DNA from: a virus
Strand: one strand, 5' to 3'
Length of the DNA: 55,913 bases
IMG/VR virus record: IMGVR_UViG_3300035156_000072
Coordinates: 1 to 55,913 of that record
Shown: in pieces, positions 25,774 to 33,395 of the stretch
How positions within the stretch are numbered: position 1 is the stretch's first letter
Layout of the letters: each line of letters opens with the position of its first letter
Made by a program: the position numbers and the translations under genes
The notes under the pieces: generated by a model
Seen by the model: the letters and a program-made list of their open reading frames with translations, nothing else
Database searches by the model: none
What the model was told of the DNA's origin: nothing

Positions 25774-26073
25774 TCAGATATCCAGAGGGGCGAGAGAGAA
25801 AGCGACGTAACCCGGCTCAATGCCGTATTGACCGCCACGCAGGACGAACCCGATTTTAAAATCAAGGTCTGGTTTGTCAGAACCAAACGGCGGCGCTGCT
25901 GGTGCAAAACCCTGCGGCGCTCCCGGCGGCGTACCGTTAGGAACCCAAGTCAGCGTAACGCGGTCGCCGGTCTGAAACATGCGGTCATCGCGGCGAACCT
26001 CAAAGGTTTTGTCACCGCGCTGCACAGCACGATATGCCGCACCGTGTGTCTTTAGTATGTGGTGATTTGCCAT
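25774..26073 (-). CDS. ASCH-like / DUF3850 protein
   Basis: HILKTHGAAYRAVQRGDKTFEVRRDDRMFQTGDRVTL matches the DUF3850 pattern (HxLK...G.K.fEiR.nDR.f..GD). Confidence 0.6.
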   Translation of the reverse strand: MANHHILKTHGAAYRAVQRGDKTFEVRRDDRMFQTGDRVTLTWVPNGTPPGAPQGFAPAAPPFGSDKPDLDFKIGFVLRGGQYGIEPGYVAFSLAPLDI

Positions 26074-26078
26074 GGTGG

Positions 26079-26357
26079 TCAGTGTTCCTCTGTTAGTCTG
26101 TCAAGCAATGCCGCGCGCCATGCTGGTACGTCGGCTTCCATTGTGCTGTATGTTTCGCAGACGGTTAATTCACCGTTACGAACGAACGTGAACGCGAGAG
26201 TGCGCCCGTTCTGTGTGATGCTCACAAGCGCCGCCCGGTCACGGTGCATCATCTGCACCTGTTCAAGCGATTGGCGCGCATCGGCTATGTGCTTATCAGC
26301 TTCGCGCAACGATACCTCTGCGGCTTGAGCGCGTTTGCGCCAATCTGTGCCGAACAT
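26079..26357 (-). CDS. hypothetical protein (92 aa)
   Basis: ORF in the operon, with 1-nt overlap to the upstream gene end. Confidence 0.55.
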   Translation of the reverse strand: MFGTDWRKRAQAAEVSLREADKHIADARQSLEQVQMMHRDRAALVSITQNGRTLAFTFVRNGELTVCETYSTMEADVPAWRAALLDRLTEEH

Positions 26358-26968
26358 CAGACGGATACCGGGAGCTTAAACAAAGCGTTCAGTTGCGCAG
26401 TCGGAAGCGCTGGAAGTTGCGGTTTAGGCGCGGTTTCACTCGGAACGAACGGCGCAATTTCAGGCCATGCGGCTAACAGTTTCTCGACTGTGAAAAACGT
26501 GTCAAGCGTTGCGCTCAATTGCTGGTGCGCATCGGTGATAGCGCTATTCAACGCGTCCGCAGCGTGCAGGAATTCTTGTGCGTCGGAGCCAATAGACGTG
26601 CGCACGTTGTATGCCTCAACACATTGATTGTGTTTGTCATATGGAAACCGCCTGTAAACCGCCTCGCCGCTTCCAAGGATCAAACGCAGTCGATAATGCG
26701 GCGCGTTGCCGTGGCGACTGAACGAACCGTTAAAGGTGAAGCGGTGCGCACGGTCACCAATCTCAACGTAAATGTCGTCATCGGTCGGAAGCATCCCTGT
26801 ACGCAGTTTCTCCATAGTCTCACGTTCGATACGCTGGAAAACATCGCAATAGATGCGGTCAGCAAGTATGATCTGCCTGTCGCGCATCGCCCAACAATCC
26901 GACAGGAACCGATGTGTAATAGTAGCGTCAGCAATCTTTGCGCGCGTGTCGTTTATCAATCGGGTCAT
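26357..26968 (-). CDS. hypothetical protein (203 aa)
   Basis: The start is taken at ATG 26968 (MTRLINDT...), preceded by CAGGGATACGAC. ATG 26995 is an alternative. Confidence 0.55.
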   Translation of the reverse strand: MTRLINDTRAKIADATITHRFLSDCWAMRDRQIILADRIYCDVFQRIERETMEKLRTGMLPTDDDIYVEIGDRAHRFTFNGSFSRHGNAPHYRLRLILGSGEAVYRRFPYDKHNQCVEAYNVRTSIGSDAQEFLHAADALNSAITDAHQQLSATLDTFFTVEKLLAAWPEIAPFVPSETAPKPQLPALPTAQLNALFKLPVSV

Positions 26969-27036
26969 GTCGTATCCCTGTGTAAGTCGGTGCAAGGGTT
27001 AGGCCGGTGCGTAACAGGCTGTCAAGCACTATTTGG
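26969..27036 (-). promoter_or_regulatory. promoter (TTGACA variant of the cassette family)
   Basis: Minus strand reads AAATAGTGCTTGACAGCCTGTTAC... It shares TGCTTGACA-CCTGTTAC with the 13963..14050 element. Confidence 0.45.
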
Positions 27037-27073
27037 CACGTTTTGGCATTGACCGCCAGACACGGCTAAGGCT

Positions 27074-27259
27074 ATGCCGTTACCCATGTCGGGGAAAACA
27101 CTTACGATCACCGGGCTTGCCCTATATATGGGGTGGAGCAAGCGCAGCACCTACAGAATGTTGAATGACGGGCGTTTTTCAGTCCCGCCCATTCCCGGCA
27201 TGTCGCCCCGGCGTTGGAACGTCGAGGATGTGGACGCGTGGCGGGCGGTGCATCAGTGA
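27074..27259 (+). CDS. small HTH DNA-binding protein (AlpA/excisionase/MerR-like fold)
   Basis: 61 aa. LTITGLALYMGWSKRSTYRMLNDGRF...RRWNVEDVDAW fits the pattern. The RBS is TAAGG. Confidence 0.5.
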   Translation: MPLPMSGKTLTITGLALYMGWSKRSTYRMLNDGRFSVPPIPGMSPRRWNVEDVDAWRAVHQ

Positions 27260-27720
27260 ACAATCGTTGCAAGCTGTATAGACATTTCGCAGCCGATGAC
27301 ACGTTGCTGTATGTAGGTATTTCGCTCACTATACTACAGCGCACTATATCGCATCGTGGCGGGGCCGCGTGGTATGATCAAATAGTCAAGATTACCATAG
27401 AAACCTATGATACGCGTGAAGCTGCTTTTACAGCGGAAACACTCGCTATACAGAACGAACGCCCGTTATATAATATTGATAAAACACCACGCAGACGTTT
27501 TGGCGTTCGCAAGTGTCCAGACCATTTGAAAAATATTACATACGGTAGGCAGGACTTGGCGGGCATCTTGGGGTGCACTTGCGAAACGATGTTGCGTTGG
27601 TCAAAACAGTGGGCGAATTTTCCGCAACCCATGCAAGGTGTTTGGCCCGATAGGTGGGATAAAACCAAAGTCGATGATTACTTGTCATCGATACACTTTC
27701 CGGGTTTCACGCAGTCATGA
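27256..27720 (+). CDS. GIY-YIG-like nuclease domain protein with C-terminal HTH-like region
   Basis: The GTG start overlaps the upstream TGA. LYRHFAADDTLLYVGIS...R...H...EAAFTAETLAIQNERPLYNI fits the GIY-YIG pattern. The region is visibly lower in G+C. Confidence 0.45.
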   Translation: MNNRCKLYRHFAADDTLLYVGISLTILQRTISHRGGAAWYDQIVKITIETYDTREAAFTAETLAIQNERPLYNIDKTPRRRFGVRKCPDHLKNITYGRQDLAGILGCTCETMLRWSKQWANFPQPMQGVWPDRWDKTKVDDYLSSIHFPGFTQS

Positions 27721-30107
27721 GCATGCAGGATTATGCAGCCGCCCATGCCTATCTCTGGTGCCTGCTAGGCGCTGACCCGGACGTAACGCCTGTATCGTTT
27801 CGAGTGATCCACGACACAGATAAAACCGTACCGGCGCATTCGTATGACGGCACCTTGCCGCAACTATGGCCCACGCTGCTAGGGTATCAGGCGGCGGGTT
27901 ATGGCGTGTTTGTCAACATCAACGTACTGGACGGTCAAGGGCGAGAGCTACAGAACGTCGCCGCGATACGCGCGCACCCTGTTGACCTTGATAATCTGTC
28001 GGCTCGTCAGAATTACGACCGCGCGGCGGCGTCCCTCCCTTCACCTGCAATGGGCGTGCAATCATCACCGGGTAAATTCCATGTGTATTGGACCGTTGCG
28101 CCGTATCGCGACAATGAGCGGTACACGCTGGTGCAACGCAAGCTGCGCCAACTGTACGACGGTGATAAAGCCGTCATCGATCCTACCCGCGTGTTGCGCC
28201 TGCCCGGTACGCTCAACCTCAAGCGCAGCACACCCGGCGGGCAGTATTACGACGGCTCGTCGCCGCACCTTGTCACCGTATGGCCCTTGGCGGGCTATGG
28301 CGTTCGGCACGACGTGGCGACGCTTGAGGCGTCCCTAGCGGCGGTCAACGTCATTGACGGCGGCATAGGCACCCGACACGACCTAGGCGACCCGGCGCTT
28401 GCTGCGCCGTCGTGGGAATGGTGTGTCAGGGCGCTTGAGTTAGCAGACCCGAACAACATGGACCGGGGCGAGTGGATTGCGTTCATGTCGGCGTGGAAGC
28501 AGGCCGCGTGGTCGCTCGCAACACCGGATGTGGTTGAAGCTGCGTTTTATAATTGGTGCGCCCGGTATGAGAAAAACGACCCCGGCGAGAACACCAAGCA
28601 GTTCACCAGCATTCGCAACACAGAGCTAGGTTGGCGCTCGCTTGTGGCGCGCGTGCCGTCCCTTAAGGCGCTCGTCACCTTGGACGGCAAGGATAAGACG
28701 GGGCTGGTGCCGGGTGCGGCTGCGGCGGTGCCTGCCATGCCATCAGGTGACGGCGCAACACCACCCACGCCCGTACCGTCGCAGCCGGGCGCACTGGATT
28801 GCAGCGGCGAGTTCCTGACGCACCTAGAGCAACAGGAATGGTTCAAGGGTTGCGTCGCCATTGAGCGACAGGGCGAAATCATGACGCCTAGCGGGCGGTT
28901 CATGGGGCCGGGCCAATTCAACATGCGGTACGGCGGTAAACAGTTCATCATATCGTCAGCGGGTAAGGCGACGGATGAGGCGTGGAAGGCGGCGCTACGG
29001 TCAACGCTGTGGACGATACCCAAGGTTGACCATATCCGGTTCCTACCCGATCACCCGCAAGGCGAGATTGTCGTTGATCAACTAGGGCGTCGCGGCGTCA
29101 ACACGTACATTCCGGTGCAGATGCAGCACAAGCCCGGTGACGTGACACCGTTCACGCATTTGGTTGAGCAAATGTTGCCTGTCGAAAGTGACCGCAACAT
29201 TTTGTACGCTTACCTCGCGCACAATGTGAAATTCCCCGGCTATAAAATTCGTTGGGCTCCGATGATACAGAGCGCAGAGGGTGCCGGTAAAGGTATTCTA
29301 ATGCGCGCCATGCAAATGATTATTGGCGACATGTATTGTTATTCACCCAAAGCGCAAGAGTTGGTGAAATCGGGTAGCACGTTCAACGGTTGGATGCGCG
29401 CCAAGCTGCTTATTGTCGTCAACGAAATCAAGGTTGATGAGCGACGCGAGTTAATCGAAATCCTTAAACCCATGATCAGCGATGACCGCGTTGAGGTCCA
29501 AAGCAAGGGTATTGATCAGGAAATGGAGGACAACCCGGCTAACTGGATATTCTTTAGCAACTTTAAGGATGCAATACCTATCAGCCAGAACGGACGCCGG
29601 TACGCCATCTTTTACAGTGCGCTGCAAAGTGCGGCTGACCTGTTAGCACGTGGCATGGACGATGTGTATTTCGGGCGGCTGGTGGCGTGGCTCAAAGCGG
29701 ACGGTGCAGCCATCATTGCCGATTGGCTGATGCGGCACCCAATCACCGTTGACACCATGCCGGGGCGCGCCCCTGACACGTCCTGCATGGCAGAGGCGCG
29801 CTTGATCAGTCGCGGCCCGCTAGAGCGCATGGTCGCGGAAGCCGTTGAGGATGGAATTGCGGGCTTCCGGGGCGGCTGGATTAGCTCGCTTGCCGTACTG
29901 CGCCGGATCAAGGAAACGGGCGCTGTGGGGCGCACTGTGAGCATGCAGACGGTAACGACCGTCCTAGAGGCTATGGGCTATCAAGCCTGTGGTCGCGCGC
30001 CTCGCATGTGGCCTGCGGAAAGCATGGAGATTAAGGCGCAACTGTACCATTGGGCGCAGGTTGCGCCCGTCGCGGATTACGGACGGGCGCAAGGGTATGA
30101 GGGTTAG
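27717..30107 (+). CDS. primase-helicase: RepB'/AEP-like primase, PriCT-2-like region and SF3 (D5/P4-like) helicase
   Basis: 796 aa. Primase motifs: VDLD, SSPGKFHVYW, RVLRLPGTLNLK. PriCT-like region: RGEWIAFMSAWKQAAW. Walker A is SAEGAGKG and Walker B is LLIVVNE. Confidence 0.8.
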   Translation: MSMQDYAAAHAYLWCLLGADPDVTPVSFRVIHDTDKTVPAHSYDGTLPQLWPTLLGYQAAGYGVFVNINVLDGQGRELQNVAAIRAHPVDLDNLSARQNYDRAAASLPSPAMGVQSSPGKFHVYWTVAPYRDNERYTLVQRKLRQLYDGDKAVIDPTRVLRLPGTLNLKRSTPGGQYYDGSSPHLVTVWPLAGYGVRHDVATLEASLAAVNVIDGGIGTRHDLGDPALAAPSWEWCVRALELADPNNMDRGEWIAFMSAWKQAAWSLATPDVVEAAFYNWCARYEKNDPGENTKQFTSIRNTELGWRSLVARVPSLKALVTLDGKDKTGLVPGAAAAVPAMPSGDGATPPTPVPSQPGALDCSGEFLTHLEQQEWFKGCVAIERQGEIMTPSGRFMGPGQFNMRYGGKQFIISSAGKATDEAWKAALRSTLWTIPKVDHIRFLPDHPQGEIVVDQLGRRGVNTYIPVQMQHKPGDVTPFTHLVEQMLPVESDRNILYAYLAHNVKFPGYKIRWAPMIQSAEGAGKGILMRAMQMIIGDMYCYSPKAQELVKSGSTFNGWMRAKLLIVVNEIKVDERRELIEILKPMISDDRVEVQSKGIDQEMEDNPANWIFFSNFKDAIPISQNGRRYAIFYSALQSAADLLARGMDDVYFGRLVAWLKADGAAIIADWLMRHPITVDTMPGRAPDTSCMAEARLISRGPLERMVAEAVEDGIAGFRGGWISSLAVLRRIKETGAVGRTVSMQTVTTVLEAMGYQACGRAPRMWPAESMEIKAQLYHWAQVAPVADYGRAQGYEG

Positions 30108-30289
30108 GCGACCGAACCGCCCGCCGCTTTCCAAGCGTCGTAAGCGTCGGCTTGAGCGTCTTGCGCGGCGTCGTAGTTCGCTTGCATTTCTGCCTTTTGC
30201 GAAGCCGGGGCGTTCATAAGGTCCGTCCAAGCGCGACCGGCGGCTTGTTGAGTGCGGATGGCGGCGGCTTCCAGTTGAGCGAGATTCAT
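30104..30289 (-). CDS. hypothetical protein (61 aa, Ala/Gln-rich helical)
   Basis: The ATG abuts type-A cassette copy 1. Confidence 0.55.
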   Translation of the reverse strand: MNLAQLEAAAIRTQQAAGRAWTDLMNAPASQKAEMQANYDAAQDAQADAYDAWKAAGGSVA

Positions 30290-30373
30290 GGTCTTAATCC
30301 CTAAAACGCGTCAGCGGTGTGCTGCGCTGAAACTGTTGTCGCATGGTGCAACGGTCGCCGCAAGAGTTATTTT
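30287..30373 (-). promoter_or_regulatory. promoter-leader cassette, type A copy 1 (87 nt, identical to 32954..33040)
   Basis: Minus strand reads AAAATAACTCTTGCGG-CGACCGTTGCACC...TTTCAGCGCAGCACACCGCTGACGCGTTTTAGGGATTAAGACC-ATG. Confidence 0.6.
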
Positions 30374-30500
30374 GCGCGCCTAGCGCAACCATGCGTACGG
30401 CGGGTTGAGCGACGGCGCAAAGGTACATGAGGGACAGGCCGCAGACTATGACCGGCACCCAACATAGGCCCGTCGTGGCGATGCAGCGGCGCAGACGCAT
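30294..30500 (-). CDS. possible small membrane protein (68 aa as drawn)
   Basis: It has an N-terminal TM helix (GLCWVPVIVCGLSLMYLCAV). The ORF reads through the promoter cassette, so the real product and its extent are uncertain. Confidence 0.3.
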   Translation of the reverse strand: MRLRRCIATTGLCWVPVIVCGLSLMYLCAVAQPAVRMVALGAQNNSCGDRCTMRQQFQRSTPLTRFRD

Positions 30501-30561
30501 TTAGGGCGCTCCCATGATGCAAGAGCGCCCTTTGTATCATGCGTTGCGGTGTGCGGCGAGG

Positions 30562-31749
30562 TTATGGGTTAACTTCAAACTCAACGACTTCAGCATAATT
30601 AACCGCCGCCGTGCTGATGAATTGGTAATATCGGAAAGGGGTCGCGTTCGGGCTGGAACAAGCAAGAACCTTGCGTTCCAGCGTCGAAAACCCGTAGCCG
30701 ACGCGCTCGTCTACGACAGTCCATGACACAGCGTCATTAGAACCCTCGACGCGCCACCCTTGCACGAAAGAGCCGCTTGTGTTTGAGGTAATCGCGTAGT
30801 TAGAGAGAACAAAAGCATTCGCAGCGCCGAAATCGCGGCGCAATATCCAACCGACTGCTGTTGAAGGCGGTAACCAGCGTGTCGCTGTTGAACCATCAAA
30901 TGCGCGGTATGCTTCAAAACCCGCGCCAGCCGTGCCGTCTGAATAGGCAACACTAGGTGCAGGCGTCGTGTTCGATGTCATGTTATTAGACAGCGGACCC
31001 GCGTTAGCGGTGTTCGTGCTAGGGTATGCGCGACCTGCGCCCCAGATAATGCGGACGCCGGAGCCGCCGCCGACGCCGCCGTTGCCCCTGCCGCCGCCGC
31101 CGTAAGTCTTCCCAGAACCACCCGAACCGGGGCCGCCGCTTGACCCGCCACCGCCCGCGCCGCCGCTTGACCCTTGGCCGAGAAGCCCGACGCCGCCCCC
31201 GTCGCCTCCAAAATAACCACCACCACCGCCACCGCCACCGGCTCCAGCGGTGCCATTGCCGTCTGTTTGGTCTGTGCCGCCCGCGCCGCCCCCGCCGGTA
31301 TAGCCGCCCGCGCCGCCCCCGCCTTGCGGCTGACTTGACACTGATGTTCCGCCTTGACCCCCCACGCCGCCTGTTGAACCCGAAAAGGTTCCGCCGTTAC
31401 CGCCCACTGAGCCGGAACCAGCACCACCGTTTCCTGCGGTGAGGAGGGCCAACGCCCCGCGCTTTATGCGCGTCAATGCTCCGCTCTCGTCAAAAACGAT
31501 TGTGAGAGTTTCACCCGGCGTTACAGGGATCGAAGCCGCGTAGGCTAACGCGCCACCACCGCCACCGCCGTATGCCCCGCCATCACCCCCACGACCTACG
31601 GCCACGGCGCTGATATTGGTCACGCCAGCGGGGACAACCCACGATGTGTTTGTGGTGAAGGTCTGTTGCCCGACCGCAGTAGCCACCGCCGCAGCGATGC
31701 TATTGCGCAGGTTACCAAGCGCAACACCAATGCCAAAATTGGCGGGCAT
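30562..31749 (-). CDS. glycine-rich fibre-like protein with C-terminal F5/8 type C (discoidin)-like domain
   Basis: The start is taken at ATG 31749 (MPANFG...), 1 nt after the upstream stop. The N-terminal WVVPAGVTNISAVAVGRGGDGG resembles a glycine-rich-domain motif and long G-rich tracts follow. The C-terminal FEAYRAFDGSTATRW...WRVEGSNDAVSWTVV is discoidin-like. Confidence 0.6.
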   Translation of the reverse strand: MPANFGIGVALGNLRNSIAAAVATAVGQQTFTTNTSWVVPAGVTNISAVAVGRGGDGGAYGGGGGGALAYAASIPVTPGETLTIVFDESGALTRIKRGALALLTAGNGGAGSGSVGGNGGTFSGSTGGVGGQGGTSVSSQPQGGGGAGGYTGGGGAGGTDQTDGNGTAGAGGGGGGGGYFGGDGGGVGLLGQGSSGGAGGGGSSGGPGSGGSGKTYGGGGRGNGGVGGGSGVRIIWGAGRAYPSTNTANAGPLSNNMTSNTTPAPSVAYSDGTAGAGFEAYRAFDGSTATRWLPPSTAVGWILRRDFGAANAFVLSNYAITSNTSGSFVQGWRVEGSNDAVSWTVVDERVGYGFSTLERKVLACSSPNATPFRYYQFISTAAVNYAEVVEFEVNP

Positions 31750-31750
31750 A

Positions 31751-32002
31751 TCAGTAGAAACCGACGATGTTTGCACAGCCGGTCAGGCCGGTCACGTTCA
31801 CGCGCTTGGCGTTCACAGAGAGGGTTTCACCGTTGGCAATGTTGGTGAACGTCGCCTGTGATCCGTCCGGGGCGACGATGACGCATGAGCCGCCGGTGCC
31901 GAACCGCAGGGCGCGCGGAAAGTTGCCCGACGTGCTTTTGGCGATGTTGTTGTTGTCGTCAGGCGTTACAGCGACGAAACCGGAGGCGGTGTTGTCAGAC
32001 AT
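31751..32002 (-). CDS. small beta-rich protein (83 aa), possible spike-base partner of the glycine-rich protein
   Basis: PRALRFGTGGSCVIVAPDGSQATFTNIANGETLSVNAKRVNVTGLTGCANIVGFY resembles small proteins found next to GTA or phage spike fibres. This is from memory and weak. Confidence 0.5.
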   Translation of the reverse strand: MSDNTASGFVAVTPDDNNNIAKSTSGNFPRALRFGTGGSCVIVAPDGSQATFTNIANGETLSVNAKRVNVTGLTGCANIVGFY

Positions 32003-32039
32003 GGCGCGGGCGTCCCTTGGATATGGAACGCCCTAGCTA

Positions 32040-32222
32040 TCATGTGACTGGCTGCGCCGCTAGCACCGGTTCGCATTGGACGCCGTGGCCTTGCCCCATG
32101 GCCCATTGAACGTGGTCTGAAAGCCATTTGCGGGCGTCCGACCGGCGCAGGTTGCACACCCGCTCCGATACGACAGGTGCGCCCGGCTGCGGCGTGGCGT
32201 AGGTGGTTACGCGGGTAATCAT
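32040..32222 (-). CDS. hypothetical protein (60 aa)
   Basis: The start is taken at internal ATG 32222 (MITRVTTYATPQ...), 1 nt after the upstream stop. Confidence 0.4.
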   Translation of the reverse strand: MITRVTTYATPQPGAPVVSERVCNLRRSDARKWLSDHVQWAMGQGHGVQCEPVLAAQPVT

Positions 32223-32223
32223 G

Positions 32224-32703
32224 TTACACAGGACTTTCAATGTCACCGCGAATACGGTCAAACGCTTCGCATTTATCATCGTCTGACAAATCGTCATCGT
32301 CATCAATTTCGTTTTCGTATTCATCACAAGCGGCTTCAACGCTATCCGCCCATTCCTCGCATTGGTCTATGCGTTCTTGCAACAGTTCGCCGCTAGCCGC
32401 ATATTGAAGCTGTTCCGGCATGTTATCTAGCTTCTCTTGTTGCTCTTGGCCGAGTGACCGAATGTCGTCGGCAAGGGCGCGAAGCGTATCAATGTCGGGC
32501 GCTTCCTGTACTGCGTCGTCAAGGTCATAAGCCTGACCTAGAAAATCCGACAATGTAAGTTGCGAACGTTTGGGGTAGGTTTTGGACCTTTTGACTATTC
32601 CGCCGCGCTGCATCTTAATGGCCCATGTGTAATACATGTCACCTTTTTCAATGCCTTGATTGGGATAGTCTTTGCGGGCTTTGCGATGGTGTACGCGGGG
32701 CAT
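32224..32703 (-). CDS. hypothetical protein (159 aa) with basic N-terminus and very acidic C-terminus
   Basis: The start is taken at internal ATG 32703 (MPRVHHRKARKDYPNQGIEKGDMYY...), preceded by AGAGAGG. The C-terminus reads EYENEIDDDDDLSDDD. Confidence 0.55.
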   Translation of the reverse strand: MPRVHHRKARKDYPNQGIEKGDMYYTWAIKMQRGGIVKRSKTYPKRSQLTLSDFLGQAYDLDDAVQEAPDIDTLRALADDIRSLGQEQQEKLDNMPEQLQYAASGELLQERIDQCEEWADSVEAACDEYENEIDDDDDLSDDDKCEAFDRIRGDIESPV

Positions 32704-32761
32704 GGTGTGCGCCTCTCTAGGGCTGGTGGCGCGGCTGTTACACCGCGCCGGGGTTGTGGGG

Positions 32762-32956
32762 TTAGCCAACCATGTTGACGCTGCGGACGATGTACCCTTC
32801 GCGCTTGGCGACTGCGGCGGCTTGGTTGCGATTGCGGCCGTAAACGGTGATGATTGCTTCACTACCCTTATGTGCCAATTCCTGCGGCATATTCACATAC
32901 ACGTCGTAGGCGTGATTTGCGGAAGGAACGTCGTTGAGTTGGATTTGAAGGCGCAT
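32762..32956 (-). CDS. hypothetical protein (64 aa)
   Basis: The ATG abuts type-A cassette copy 2. Confidence 0.55.
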   Translation of the reverse strand: MRLQIQLNDVPSANHAYDVYVNMPQELAHKGSEAIITVYGRNRNQAAAVAKREGYIVRSVNMVG

Positions 32957-33040
32957 GGTCTTAATCCCTAAAACGCGTCAGCGGTGTGCTGCGCTGAAAC
33001 TGTTGTCGCATGGTGCAACGGTCGCCGCAAGAGTTATTTT
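32954..33040 (-). promoter_or_regulatory. promoter-leader cassette, type A copy 2 (87 nt, identical to 30287..30373)
   Basis: Exact 87/87 identity with copy 1 by direct comparison. It lies immediately downstream of the tmRNA terminator. Confidence 0.6.
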
Positions 33041-33053
33041 TATGCCGTGCAAT

Positions 33054-33090
33054 AAAAAGCCCCGCCGCCACGGTGTGTGGCGAGCGGGGC
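33054..33090 (-). terminator. intrinsic terminator of the tmRNA gene
   Basis: Minus strand reads CCCCGC-T-CGCCAC-acacc-GTGGCG-GCGGGG followed by CTTTTTATT. Confidence 0.8.
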
Positions 33091-33395
33091 TAGTGGCGGC
33101 GTTCTGTTCACAAGTGCCGCCCGTCTCGGACTTAGGCCGCTTGGGCGTAAGTCAGGGGGTAGTTATCGTTCAGTGTTATTCTGTGCGGATTGGTTACCGC
33201 GCCCGGTGTATGTCGAAACCTGTCGGCCCCAAGGTTCGCAGCACGCCCGACCGGGCTTCTAGGGCGCTATCCCTAAATTCAATGCGGATGGTCGTTACCG
33301 TCGATGCAGATAACTTTAGCCGCGTGCTGCGAATGGTGGAGCCGCCGCGAATTGAACGCGGGTCCATACATAAGCCGGGCGACCCTAACCCGGCG
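33054..33395 (-). ncRNA. ssrA: two-piece (circularly permuted) tmRNA gene
   Basis: Order on the minus strand: T-arm, acceptor 3' strand and CCA (ends at 33334); a 103-nt spacer closed by a 12-bp stem; then GGGGCCGACAGGTTTCGAC... from 33230. GGGGCCG pairs with CGGCTCC, giving G3:U70. An inter-piece helix forms (CATACA/TGTATG and CCGGGCG/CGCCCGG). The tag ORF reads NDNYPLTYAQAA-stop. The 5' end is approximate. Confidence 0.85.

Noticed and set aside
27034-27048. A sigma-54-like TGGCACG-N4-TGGCA upstream of the 27074 operon.
   Set aside because: The GG-to-GC spacing is one nucleotide short of the -24/-12 consensus. The -12 box reads TGGCA, not TTGC. No enhancer-binding protein is evident.
27074-27259. 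Calling the small HTH protein an excisionase.
   Set aside because: There is no integrase partner or att site in the genome. It is treated as a generic AlpA/MerR-fold DNA-binding protein.
30978-31442. Alternative frames within the glycine-rich gene (30978..31427 minus strand, 31140..31442 plus strand).
   Set aside because: These are by-products of GGN/GCC repeats. Only the 30562..31749 frame has defined N- and C-terminal domains.
33334-33365. The tRNA-like 3' end (T-arm plus ACCA) could be an attP core left from integration into a tRNA or tmRNA gene.
   Set aside because: The complementary 5' acceptor strand, inter-piece helix, tag frame and terminator are all present nearby in permuted order. 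No integrase or recombinase gene exists anywhere in the closed genome. It is therefore called as a full tmRNA gene.
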